Shown: piece after piece, positions 25,273 through 36,849 of the stretch
Layout: the number at the start of each line of letters is the position of its first letter
Numbering within the stretch: the first letter of the stretch is position 1
Origin: Octopus bimaculoides
Lineage: Eukaryota
NCBI RefSeq assembly: GCF_001194135.2
Contig: NC_068993.1
Coordinates: 25,453,258-25,517,257, forward strand
Direction of reading: 5' to 3'
DNA length: 64,000 bases
The notes under the pieces: generated by a model
Told to the model about the DNA's origin: nothing
Seen by the model: only the letters and a program-made list of their open reading frames with translations
Database searches by the model: none
Translations under genes and position numbers: made by a program

Positions 25273-26543
25273 GAAACTAATGGGTTTTTTGTGTTCTTGA
25301 ATGGCTCACAAACATCTACACTGCAGTTATTTTTGTTTCAGCACATGATCTCGGATCAAGTCACTTGCTATGCAAGTACATCTCCATAATATTTTAAAAT
25401 CACTGTGGATAAATGCCATCAATGACCTCCTCAGGTTCTCCAATATTTTAATTTCTAAACAGAAACAATCGGCGGCAGGGAGTGGGGTTGCAAAAAATTA
25501 ATAATCTCTCAAATTGTCTTTTTTATAGCACATAAATGTATTTATGGGGGAAAAATATTGCAAAACATCAATACATGCGAGAGTGATAAAGAAATGAGGA
25601 GGGTTGTCTTGTCTTTGGATGTGATAGAAACAACAGCTAAATCACTCACTTTTCCCTCTGAAAATATTAACAACTTTTAAAAAGTTTTTTTACCAAAAAT
25701 GTTCTTCTCATGGTTTTGAAGTGCAATAAAAAATTGGCCAAAATAGGTCCGGAGTGGGATGATGNNNNNNNNNNCACAACTCCATCATTTCGAAGGCTGT
25801 GGCTTAAAAAAAAATGGGGAAAATCACCGAAAACATTTCCCCACAAATTCTTTTATAATCATAATCTATGCTGTTTGAAAGGGATTTGTATAAATTTTCA
25901 TTAAAAGATACCCATCTTCCTGACAGTTATGAGGGGAAAAAGTCAGATCATGTGAATTTTCTGAAACTCCTCTCTCCACCTCCTCAAAAAAATTCTTTCA
26001 TATAAATCCCTATATACTCTGAAGCCACATCTAAGTGGTATTTGTAGAAAATTTTGTTAAAAAGTATCCATTTTTCTGGATGTTATGAAGCAACAATGTT
26101 GGGGGTGTATACATCTGTAGTAACACCCTTTTATTTATACAAATTTTTCATTTCATGTTTATTTCCTTCATTGTTTGCAATGTTCTCTCCCCCCCCCTCT
26201 CTCTCTCTCTCTCACACACTGCAAAGCTTACAGATGGGCTGCTAAACTGAAATCTCTATGTTGCTTTGAGAGGAAGATAAAACTTGACAAACTATTTCTC
26301 CCTCTGTTGTTGGACTACCATGATGTTTGTTTAAAAAAGAGAGATTATGACTGTGATAAAATAATGAAAGCAATATTTACTAAGCAAGTGAACTTTATTA
26401 TATAAAAAAATAATTAGTTGTAAAATATAATAATTATTTGAATTGGGAATCAAATGTGAAAATATTATCAAGTGGCTAGCAGAAAACTGCCCGTCAGGAA
26501 GTCTTTCTGTTAGTTTATATAATACAGATATATATGTATAATA

Positions 26544-26575
<32 letters not shown>

Positions 26576-27069
26576 TCATTCATAAACTTCCATAGACAAC
26601 ATGGACTAAATCTTCTTAAGAAAATATGAAATTACAATGATTTCAATGTCATGATTAGTGAAAGTGAAACCGGTCGGCTAACACAATACTCTTTCACTTA
26701 TAAAATATATTAAAAGATATATTAAAACTATGTAAACTGTGTGCATTTTCCTTCTTTTATTATATATATATATATATATTTCTTGCATTATTATTCACGA
26801 CGTGGAGATAATCAGAATTCTCTTCCTCACTTTTTCTTACTATATATATATAGCAAGAAAGCAGTTTTGACTGCTATTTCAAGCATGTGATATCTCTTAC
26901 ATACCTTTATTTATAATTATATATATATATGTATATAAAAAAAGAGGACCTCGTCAGGATTTGGATAAAAAATAATTTATCACTTTTGTTCCGTATAGGG
27001 ATTTATCATGAATGATTGCTCATAGAAAATTCATACCTTTTATATATGTGAGTTAGTTGAAAAACTTAC

Positions 27070-27113
<44 letters not shown>

Positions 27114-27971
27114 CACACAGCCTTACAAACACATATAGATTCAAAATGACAAAGAACCACTCAAATAACCACTCCTAAAACTCAAGAAAACAAATTCAAC
27201 TCTAGATCTGTTTTCTATTAACTCATATATATTTATAATAGGTATGAATTTTCTATAAGAAATCATAAATGATGAATCCCTAAAAGAGATGAAAGTGCTA
27301 AATAAATGGTTTTATACAAATCCTTATTACCTCCTTTTTCTTAATATATAAAATCTGCACACCTCTTCAAATAATCTAAACATCATCATCAACATCATGA
27401 TCACTTAACATCCATTTTCTATGTTGAAATGGGTTTGATGGTTTGACAGGAGCTGGCAAGCCAAGGAACTGCACTAAGTTTCACTTTCTGTTTTGGCAAG
27501 GCTTTTATGATTGGATGTATATATGTGTTTGTGTGTGTGAATCTATATGTATAAATGTAGAAAGAACAAAGTTGGACAAATACAATTTACTTCAACACTT
27601 TAGATGGAGAAAAAATCTTAGCAGTTTGGACATTGAGAAAGAAAAAGTAAGAGATGCATAGGGGGAGAAAAGAGAGAGAAATAGTGAGAATACAAAAAAT
27701 GATGAGAGGACATAGGATGGAGGTGAAAGGTTAGAAATCTGGGGTGGGAGAAGGTGTTCTAATGGGGAAGGGCACTAAAAAACGGTGGAAGGAATGGATG
27801 TGTAGATCCATGAAAGAAAGCAAAGATGAAAGTAGTTTGTGAGTGTCTGTGTGATGATGTATGAGTATAGATGTGTGTAAGATGGAAGTACTGAGGTGCT
27901 GGTTAGTGAGGGTGGGGGTGAATTGTTAATGGAGTAGTGTGAAAGTGTATGTGAAGATGTAAGAACCTGGA

Positions 27972-28010
<39 letters not shown>

Positions 28011-28257
28011 CATTGATGAAGCACATAAGATTGCAAAAGCCAGGTGGAAGGTGTTATCGATGTGTGTGCAAGAGCATAAACAAAGTAGGGCTGGAAAAGT
28101 GTTTTTCCAGGCATTTGACCATGGAAGAAAGAGGGAAGGTTAATGTTATAATTCAAAACTGAAGGAAAAAGTTTAAGATTGAAACAGATGCAGCTGAATA
28201 GATTTTAATGGAGCCACAAAGTTTGTGAAAACAGAAGTCATTAAAAAAAATACTTAC

Positions 28258-28449
28258 ATGGAACACATTTGGCTGGTTCCTTTGCCCAGGTTAATGAAGG
28301 AAGACAATGGTTTATAGCATCTCCAACTAACTGATATCCACTTGCACATCTTGTCTGGCAAAAGGTGTTCACAGGAACAGTGGAATTTTGACAAATGGTT
28401 GGCTCCAAAATGGCATGAGGGGTGATACTCATGTTAGGGCATGATTTGG
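28258..28449 (-). CDS. Exon 9: sushi/CCP domain (CCP-5)
   Basis: 192 nt, phase 1-1; ttttatttcag / T|gtaagt. Reads (A)KSCPNMSITPHAILEPTICQNSTVPVNTFCQTRCASGYQLVGDAINHCLPSLTWAKEPAKCVP. Confidence 0.94.
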
Positions 28450-29396
28450 CTGAAATAAAAATAGTTATTTGAAGTTAAATACACCAGATACTTTGGGGAT
28501 AACAATTTCTAAGACTGAAAAAATTATAAAATATAGGAACTCAAGAATCTTATAGCAACTTTGAAAGAATGTTTCCAAGAATAAAGTCATGAGTGAGTGT
28601 CGAAAATAGTGCTGTCAAGTTGAAGAGGTTAGAGATAGAGATGATAATAAAACAAATGGTTTTCCACAAAAGGATTTCATAATCAAAGTTTCAAGCTCTA
28701 CCAGTGTTGAATCTGCCATTTCTGTTTCTATGGTTAAATACAAAATAACAATAATACACTGTGGTTAGTCCAATAAACAAAACTGCCCTCCAACAAAAAC
28801 TTATATCTAATCCAATAAACAAGACATTATCATCATCCTTTAACATTTGTTTTCCATGCTGGAGAGCTGCACCAGGTTTCAGTCTGATTTGACTTGGTTT
28901 CTTTAGCTGGATGCTCTTCCAAATTCAACCACTGTACAATGTATGATGGGTGCTTTTAACATTGCACCAGTAAGAGGTCATCTCTTTAAATATTCCCTGA
29001 AATGTTTTGTTGTGGGTGTGCACAGAATTTTGCTTGTGAGCAAATTTCATCTTTTTTGCAAAGTATGTGTACACTCATGTGTACTTTTTTTGCAAAGTAT
29101 GTGTACATCCAAAAAGTGTCCTGGTGAGCCTATAAACTTTTCCTTCAAACCTCATATCTAAGTATTTCATTTTAATACTCTAGTTTCAGTTTATAATGCT
29201 TGTTCTGGCTTCAACTCAAGTTGGATACAAAAACAAAAAAAAAAAACATTTGTATCTTAAAGTTGGGGTTGAGTAGGTGTCAAACCATTGAAATAAGCTC
29301 TTGGAATCTTTTAATAACTTAATATGTAATGTAAATAAATACTGAAGACATAGGAATGACAACAACAAGAGTAACACATTTGCAAAAAACATCCTT

Positions 29397-29630
29397 TCTT
29401 ATTTCTTTATTGCCCACAAGGGGCTAAACATAGAGGGGACAAATAAGGACAGACAAAGGGATTAAGTCGATTACATCGACCCCAGTGCGTAACTGGTACT
29501 TAATTTATTGACCCCGGAAGGATGAAAGGCAAAGTCGACCTCGGTGGAATTTGAACTCAGAATGTAACGACAGACAAAATACCACTAAGCATTTCGCCCG
29601 GCATGCTAATGATTCTGCCAGCTCCCCGCC
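29397..29630 (-). mobile_element. Young copy of a second tRNA-derived SINE family
   Basis: Minus strand reads gagctggcagaatcattagcatgccgggcgaaatgcttag..ctgagttcaaattccaccgaggtcgactttgcctttcatcc..ccccttgtgggcaataaagaaataagaa; B-box GTTCAAATTCC. Relatives at ~7683-8100(-), 13530-13700(+), 54065-54290(+), 58805-59025(+), 63700-63785(+). Confidence 0.85.
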
Positions 29631-30718
29631 TTTACATCCTTTCTATTATGGAGAAACTGTTGATCATCAACAAATTGCAAACAGAAACCAAAAATTTATC
29701 CAGAGACAAGAAAGCAGTCAAAGAAAAAATACAGACATATCAACAAGTGTATTAGAAATGTAACAGATAATTAAGTTAGAAATGATCTAATTATAAATCT
29801 CACAGAGAGATAATTATGGTTTTGAACTAAATTCCTTGAAAACAGTTACACATATCTGGAGTTTTAATATTTGAATATTTTTTGTTATTATCTTTATCTA
29901 TTAAGTAGTCCTTTTCTGTGTCCCCCACAAATTTCAAAACATGAAAGTGAAGGAAATAAAAGGAAAAATGAAATTTTAAGAAAGTAAGAATGTTGTCAGA
30001 TTGCTTCCATTGTGTTCCTTTTTCTTTTTTTCAGTTTTTATTTTCACATGACATTCCAATTTCTATTATTTCCCACATCTTAATATCAAGGGTAAAAGAA
30101 AGGTTTTATTAATATCAGTTCAATACCTTGCTTATGCACCATTTAATAACTTGGTAGCTTTCTAACTTGGATGCTGGCAACAGCTGGTGTTAAATTGACC
30201 CAGCAATGAGTTGTTCTAGCAATGAATTAACTTAGCGATGAGTTTAACAATGATGAATTGACTGAACACCACAAACACAATATTCTAAAAGAATGTTTCA
30301 GATTTCTCTCCTTCGTAAGGCATGTCATTTACCAGCATATATCAGACAAATACAGCAGACATTTGACAGCATTATACTAACTTGTTCCACATCAGTTGTG
30401 GCAAATCTAGTTTCATCTTTTACTTTTTTTATATATAACTTACTCATTGCAGGCTATTTCCCCTCATCTTTCACAATCATACAGTATCATTACCTTTGGT
30501 ATGCCTTCATTATATATAGAATCACAATTCTGACAAAACATCTCTTACTCTATCCATTCTTCCTCAGTTATTTCAAATCTCTTACATCCACAGCTCATAT
30601 CAAATTCCGTAATACATCACAAACAATCCAACTTTCAGTTACTAAAGAGGATTTACATTAAAAAACAACCTTTTTATGATTGGCATAATATAATAAAAAA
30701 AACTAGTTGTATATTCAC

Positions 30719-30916
30719 CTGCACATGTTGCTTGTTTCTGAGACCAAGATCCATTTAACAAACATTTTACAGATTTTGTACCATTAACTGTGTATCCTTT
30801 CAAACACTTCACCTTGCATACAGTTCCTGGTTTTATACCAGTTTCATCAGGGTATTGACAAGAGGCTGGTATTAACTGACCATTTTCTGGAAACACCAAG
30901 CTTGGACAATGTGATG
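30719..30916 (-). CDS. Exon 8: sushi/CCP domain (CCP-4)
   Basis: 198 nt, phase 1-1; aaacag / G|gtgaat. Reads (A)SHCPSLVFPENGQLIPASCQYPDETGIKPGTVCKVKCLKGYTVNGTKSVKCLLNGSWSQKQATCA. Confidence 0.94.
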
Positions 30917-31744
30917 CTGTTTTAGGAATGGAAAAAAAAGATCAGTCAGTTAACCATTTCTGTATATAGAACTACTTATGTATAGTAAACATTTTTGTCA
31001 AAGAGGCATGGACTGAAAAGCTCTACCATATGAGGTTCTGTGCATTTTTATTTGTAACAAATATGTTTATATGAGGATATATGTATAAACATTTATTCCT
31101 TTGAAGTCACTGCCAGACCACTGCATCCCTCTATATGTAAGGTGTATGAAGCATATGTGATATAAAAGCTATAGGTGTGAGGGTGTGGCTGTGTAGTAAA
31201 AGGGTTTCTTCCCAACTACATGGCTTTGGATTCAATCCTGCTGCATGGCACCTTGGGAAAGTATATTCTTCTATACCTTTGGGCTGACCAAAGCCTTGTG
31301 AGTGGAGTTGACAGATGGAACTGAAAGAAACCTGTCGTGTGTGTGTGTGTGTGTGCACGCACACATGTGTTTCTTTGTGTTTGTCCCCCACCACTGCTTG
31401 AAACCAGTGTTGGTGTATCTACATCCTCATAACTTAGTAGTTCAGCAAAAGAATCCGATAAAATAAGTACCCGACCTAAAAAAGAGTCCTGGAGTCGATT
31501 CATTTGACTAAAAATTCCTGAAGGCAGTGCCCCAGAGTCTTATGACTGAAAGAAGTAAAAGATAAAAGATATATATAGGTGCAGGAGTGGTGATGTGGTA
31601 AGAAGCTTGCTTCCCGAAAACATGATTTCGGGTTTGGTTCCACCATGTGACACTTTGGGCAAGCATCTTCTACTAGAGCCTTCAGCCAATCAAAGTCTTG
31701 TGATTGGATTTGGTAAATGAAAATTGAAAGAAGCCTGTTGTATG

Positions 31745-31782
<38 letters not shown>

Positions 31783-31801
31783 TAGATATAATATGTATAT
31801 G

Positions 31802-31852
<51 letters not shown>

Positions 31853-32026
31853 ATGTATGTGTGTATGTGTGTCTTTGTCCCCCCCCCCACCACTGCTTGA
31901 CAACCGGTGTTGATGTGTTTATGTCCTAGTGTCAATTTGCTCAATTAAAAACCCTTCAAGGTGGTGCCCCAGAATGGGTGTCATCAAATGACTGAAACAA
32001 ATAAAATATATATATAAATATATATA

Positions 32027-32690
32027 CTAGCAGGCCTCCTGGCCTTCGGCCCGGTCTGTACGGTGTTGAGATGTATTCATAAGGTACATATTGGCGTCTA
32101 TCATAATTCCCATTTTCCTTACAATAACAGTTGTTAAAAGGTATTTAAATATTGCATAACATAATTTTATAAATTCATTTAGACTATCTAAATACAGAAA
32201 GTAACATAGATAATAATAGATATATGTATTGTACAAAAATTATAAAACATTTGCAGAACTTCAGTATATACAATGTTTTTAACTTATTTCTTTGAAGCAT
32301 ATGTGAAGAGTTTCTGTGGGTTTCCTCCTCTGGAACAACCTATGTACAATTGACCATTGGCTTCTAGAAGGAGACTGACAACCTGCAGTGTTTGACCTGG
32401 GAATTGCAATCGTTTGAAATGAAAGCAGATATCTGTTGGTATTAGTGATATTCTAGGTATAAGTACGATGTCTCCCTTATCGCATCCAGTGAAGATTCTT
32501 GCTTCAATGTGAGGCTGTTGTTCAGACACAACCATACATGTACCATTGCTGAATCTTGATTGATCCAGGTTTCTGAGAAGCATGGTTGATGGCAGCAAGT
32601 TGTGGTTGTGTTGGTAGTAGTGGTGGCAGTATAGATTAATAGGCATTAGTGGTTGTGGTGGTAATATCCGTAGCACAATTTAAATATTCT
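32027..32690 (-). mobile_element. Helitron 3' end with Pif1-helicase C-terminal remnant
   Basis: ORF 32284-32676 contains MLLRNLD..NGT..V...IEARIFTGCDKGDIVLIPRISLIPTD..FHFKRLQFP..GQLYIGCSR.GNP. Terminal CTAG at 32027-32030 is followed by host T, with a GGCC-GAA-GGCC hairpin at 32041-32051. Confidence 0.9.
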
Positions 32691-33182
32691 AAATAAATGC
32701 TAATCCCGCCTCTGTCTCACTTGTTTTTACTCTCTAACCCACTTTCTATTTGTCTCACGTATTTTGTCTCTTGGGAAAAAAGAGGTTGAGGTAGTGAAAG
32801 AGAGAGAGAGAGAGAGAGAGAGAAATGGAGATAGTGAGAGAGATAGAGAGGACATATAAACAGACAAAGTAGAAGTTCAGTATCTCACTTGTTTTTTCTC
32901 CGTAACCCACTTTCTCTCTCTCACTTGTGTTTTTTCTCTAGAGAGAAAAAGAGGTAGTGAGAGAGACACATATACAACCAGAGAGAGAGAGAGAGAGAGA
33001 GACATAAAAAGGGATAGAGATGGATGCAGAGACATAGAGAGAGATGCAGAGACATAGGGAGGGATGCAGTGGTCTGGCAGTGACTTCAAAGGAATAAATG
33101 TAATGTATAAACTTAGAGTAAACTGGAGATGGATTGTGTGATAGGTGGGGTATTTTTTCACTCTGTGAAAAGCATTACGGTG

Positions 33183-33765
33183 AAATAGACAGTACATGCT
33201 AGAAATAGGAGTCAGTGCACCACCAACTCGGCATCCCACCTCATTCTGTTTTTGGAAAATAAGTGCACAATTATCTGCAGAATGGTCGAATTGATTTAAC
33301 AAGACAAACCTGAAATATTAGCAATTTTATTTAGTATTTTCAACAGTCAAGGTAGAAACAAACAAACAAACTTTGCTTTTTATAAGGATATATAGACATT
33401 GTGTTTAAATATACAGTATGTGGATTGCTAGACATAGGAACCAATCGCCCCTGCCGATCCATTTGCAGAAAACAAGTGCACAGTTGTCTGCGGAATGGTT
33501 AAATTAATTTAAATGACATGAAAAACCTGAAATATCAGTTCTATTTAGTGTTTCCAATGGTCAATGTACAAACAAACAAACTTTGCTTTTTATAAGGATT
33601 AGACATTATGATAAAATAGACAGTACATGGATTACTAGAAATAGGAGCCAATTCACCACGAACTCGCCCCCACCCCATTCAGTTTTTGTAAAATAACTGC
33701 ACAGTTATCTGCAGAATGGTCAAATTAATTTAAATGGCATGAAAAACCTGAAATATTATCAATTG
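33183..33765. repeat. Degenerate ~215-bp tandem repeat, about 2.7 copies
   Basis: Units start at 33183, 33407 and 33614 (aaatagacagtacatg..ctagaaatagga..aaataagtgcaca..ctgcagaatggt..aaacctgaaatat). Confidence 0.85.
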
Positions 33766-33811
33766 GATATTTAAAATCACCTCAGTAATATCAGATGGCA
33801 TACTATAGTTA

Positions 33812-33982
<171 letters not shown>

Positions 33983-34182
33983 TTAAAGGAAAATTACACT
34001 AACATGCTGATTACAAACTCTTAAAGATGTGTCTCTATTTACAGAATACAGGAATTGACTGTTACTTTGAAATGGCAACTGAACTGTGGTAATGATGTAG
34101 GATTAATTTGAGGTGGGAGAGTGTTTCTATTGGAGGGATTCAATTGGTGTGAAGAAAGCTCAGTGTAGGCTCATTATTGTTA

Positions 34183-35040
34183 TACAAGGGGTCACCCCAC
34201 AGTAACCAGAAATGTTCTCTGTGGGACAAACCCATAATAGTCCAGGCTTCTGCCACTACAAGCCACATGATGCAACCCCAAAACATAAGTCTGCCAACCA
34301 GCAATGGAGCCTGTGGTCACACTGCCACGCGATGCATCTTTGTTTTGCAGTGCTTCTACCCTGTTCATAGATTTTTGCAATGGCTGAAACAAAAGAACAG
34401 CATGCTTCTGTAAACTTCTGTTTTCTGTGGTGGAAAATGGTGGCCGAAACAGTTCTCATACTTCAAACAGCTTACAAGGACACTGCTATGAGCATAACAC
34501 AAGTTTATGAATGGTTTCCACACTTTAGGAATGGTCACTTGTCGCTTGAAATCAACCTTGTTCAGGATAACCATCGACCTCCTGAACAAATGAAAACATC
34601 ATGAAAATTCATGAACTGATCTTGGAGGACTATCACCGAACAATTGATGATCTTGTTGATATGATTGATGTGTCCTGGAACTTCTGCCAACGAATTTTGG
34701 TCAAGGGTCTGTGAATGAAAAAAGCTGCAGCAAAATTTGTGCTTGCTTGCTCATGGAAAGCCAAAACCGAATGCCTGTCATGAACTGAAAGAACAGTTGG
34801 AAGTTGATCCAGACCTTTTTCCAAAGGTCAGCACTGGTGATGAAAGCTGGTGCTATGGAATTTGCCTATATGGAAGAGGTGGAGGAAAAAACGATGGAGG
34901 CATTAAAAAGCAACCCTTTGCAAGAGCTTCTGCACTGCTTTGAATAGTGGAAAATGTGCCTGGACCACTGCATTGCTTCAAATGAAAAATACTTTGAGGG
35001 TGATAAAAGTGTAAACATGTAAAACTAAGGGAATAAAATA
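34183..35040 (+). mobile_element. Decayed, internally deleted mariner element
   Basis: Reads MAETKEQHASVNFCFL..KMVAETV..LQTAYKDTAMSITQVYEWF..FRNG..SLE (HTH), then IHELILED.RTIDDLVD, AAKFV, LF..V.TGDESWCYG, and C-terminal CFE.WK..LDHCIASN.KYFEGD. Left end TA-TACAAGGGG. Confidence 0.85.
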
Positions 35041-36262
35041 ATATTGCAAAATTTCATATGACCAATAATGAAAGCAACAGAGAAGAGAGAAGATGAAAAG
35101 AAAAAAGAGGACCATGTTCAAATTGAAGTTCCAGCTCTATTCAGTATAAAGATTTTACACAAGCCAATATGGTTGCCTTTATACTAGAAATAGCAATCAT
35201 ATTTCCCTTAAATCACACCCTACTGTCTTTAAAAATAGGGCAGGATGGGTATTCCTGAAGTAACTTTTATCATAGGTGCCTACTCAAAGGTAACCTGAGG
35301 CTAAATAATAGCAAAAAGATTTTACAAATGAAGAATTTCCTGTAGGAGTCACTTTGATTGTTAAAAACATCAAAATTTCCTTCAAATTACATCTTAAATA
35401 TCTTAGGAAGGAAAGATATGCACTATGCCTGAGGAAATAATAAAGTAGTCATGACAGAAGATCTGAAGCTAAGCAACAACAATTGCAAATATTTGAAACA
35501 GTTGTAACATTTCGAAGTTATAAATGATTAGAATAGTCTTCCAAAATCAATCTAAGAATAACATTAAATATTCTTTAAGATTAGATGATTCACTTTTTAA
35601 CTTAAGACATTGTCCTGTCATAGCATATATAATCATTTCACTAGTCGAAGGTATTTGTATTTCCTTTCACAGGCCCCTTAATAAGAATATGGTGCAAATA
35701 ATGGACCAAACATTTTATAATTATGTCAAAGAGTGGTTTCCAGTTTGACATAAGAAAATATGAAAGTTGTACTTTCCATGATTTTTGTAGGTGCATTTGT
35801 AGTATAAGGAGGATGGGTAATAGCAAGAAATGAGATAGAGAAAGTAGGTTACAGTCTTAATTTGTTAGGACATTTGAATGTACCAAAAGTTTTCTGTAGT
35901 AGGTGATTTGATAACCTCATTAATGTCTAGTGAGGTGAGTAAGGCCATGGTCTTAGATTTAGTTTCAATTCCATGTATTGGATATTTTGCTTTAACTATG
36001 GTCCTTTGAAATAACATAAATTAACTCCCATTTTCTCTTCTTTGAAATTAAAGGAAGTATGATTCATATCATGAGATCTAAAATATAAAATGAGAAAAGG
36101 TTATTTCTCAAGTTCTATTCAAGCCTAACATTTCATGTGTCAGTATTCAAATAATTTCTTGGAGCAGCTAATGTTTTATCTCTCTAGTACTGATAAATTA
36201 GGAACCAGTAATTAACTGATGCTGACTTAATTTCCTTTAACCCTTTCCCTAAGCATAACAAA

Positions 36263-36839
36263 ATAGGCCAATGACTTACAATGAGTAAACAGTATCACGT
36301 TCCTACTCTATTCTTACATATTAAGTAAAGGTACTCCCAATTGACAACTACATTTTGTGTTCTTTGTTTCTAACAACTATTTTGGTATCTGTCAGGTTGA
36401 CCTTAGGCCTGTGCACTAGAGACCATGCTACCCTATTTGGAACTTGATAGATTCTGCTATGAGTATATATCCTGAAGTGTAGTGGTTATGAAACAGCTGT
36501 TAAGCTGAGTAACTTACCAAATCAAGGAAGTCATAAAAGATTTTATTTAATCCTCTAGCATTTAGATTACTCTGTCAAATGTAATACCTATTTGTTTACA
36601 TTGTTTTGAATTAGTCATGCATAATCAATGATGTGAGTGTTCATTTCTTTTAGAATGACATTGTAGGGTAGATGTGAGTAGCCAGATCTGGCCAGTTTGG
36701 GCCAAAAAAAACATATAAAATATTTTGGCTGGATATGACCAGTTTAAATACTGAAGGGTTAACTTGCCATCACAGTGCATATTGTCGACAAAAAACATAT
36801 GGAGCCTCATGTATAACTATCCATCAAAAAGTACTTACA
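36263..36839. repeat. ~577-bp direct duplication, copy A (copy B at 43482-44061)
   Basis: Manual alignment gives about 21 substitutions plus one A-run length difference (~96% identity); contains a decayed piggyBac MITE with shared mutations. Confidence 0.95.
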
Positions 36840-36849
36840 TATGCACACA

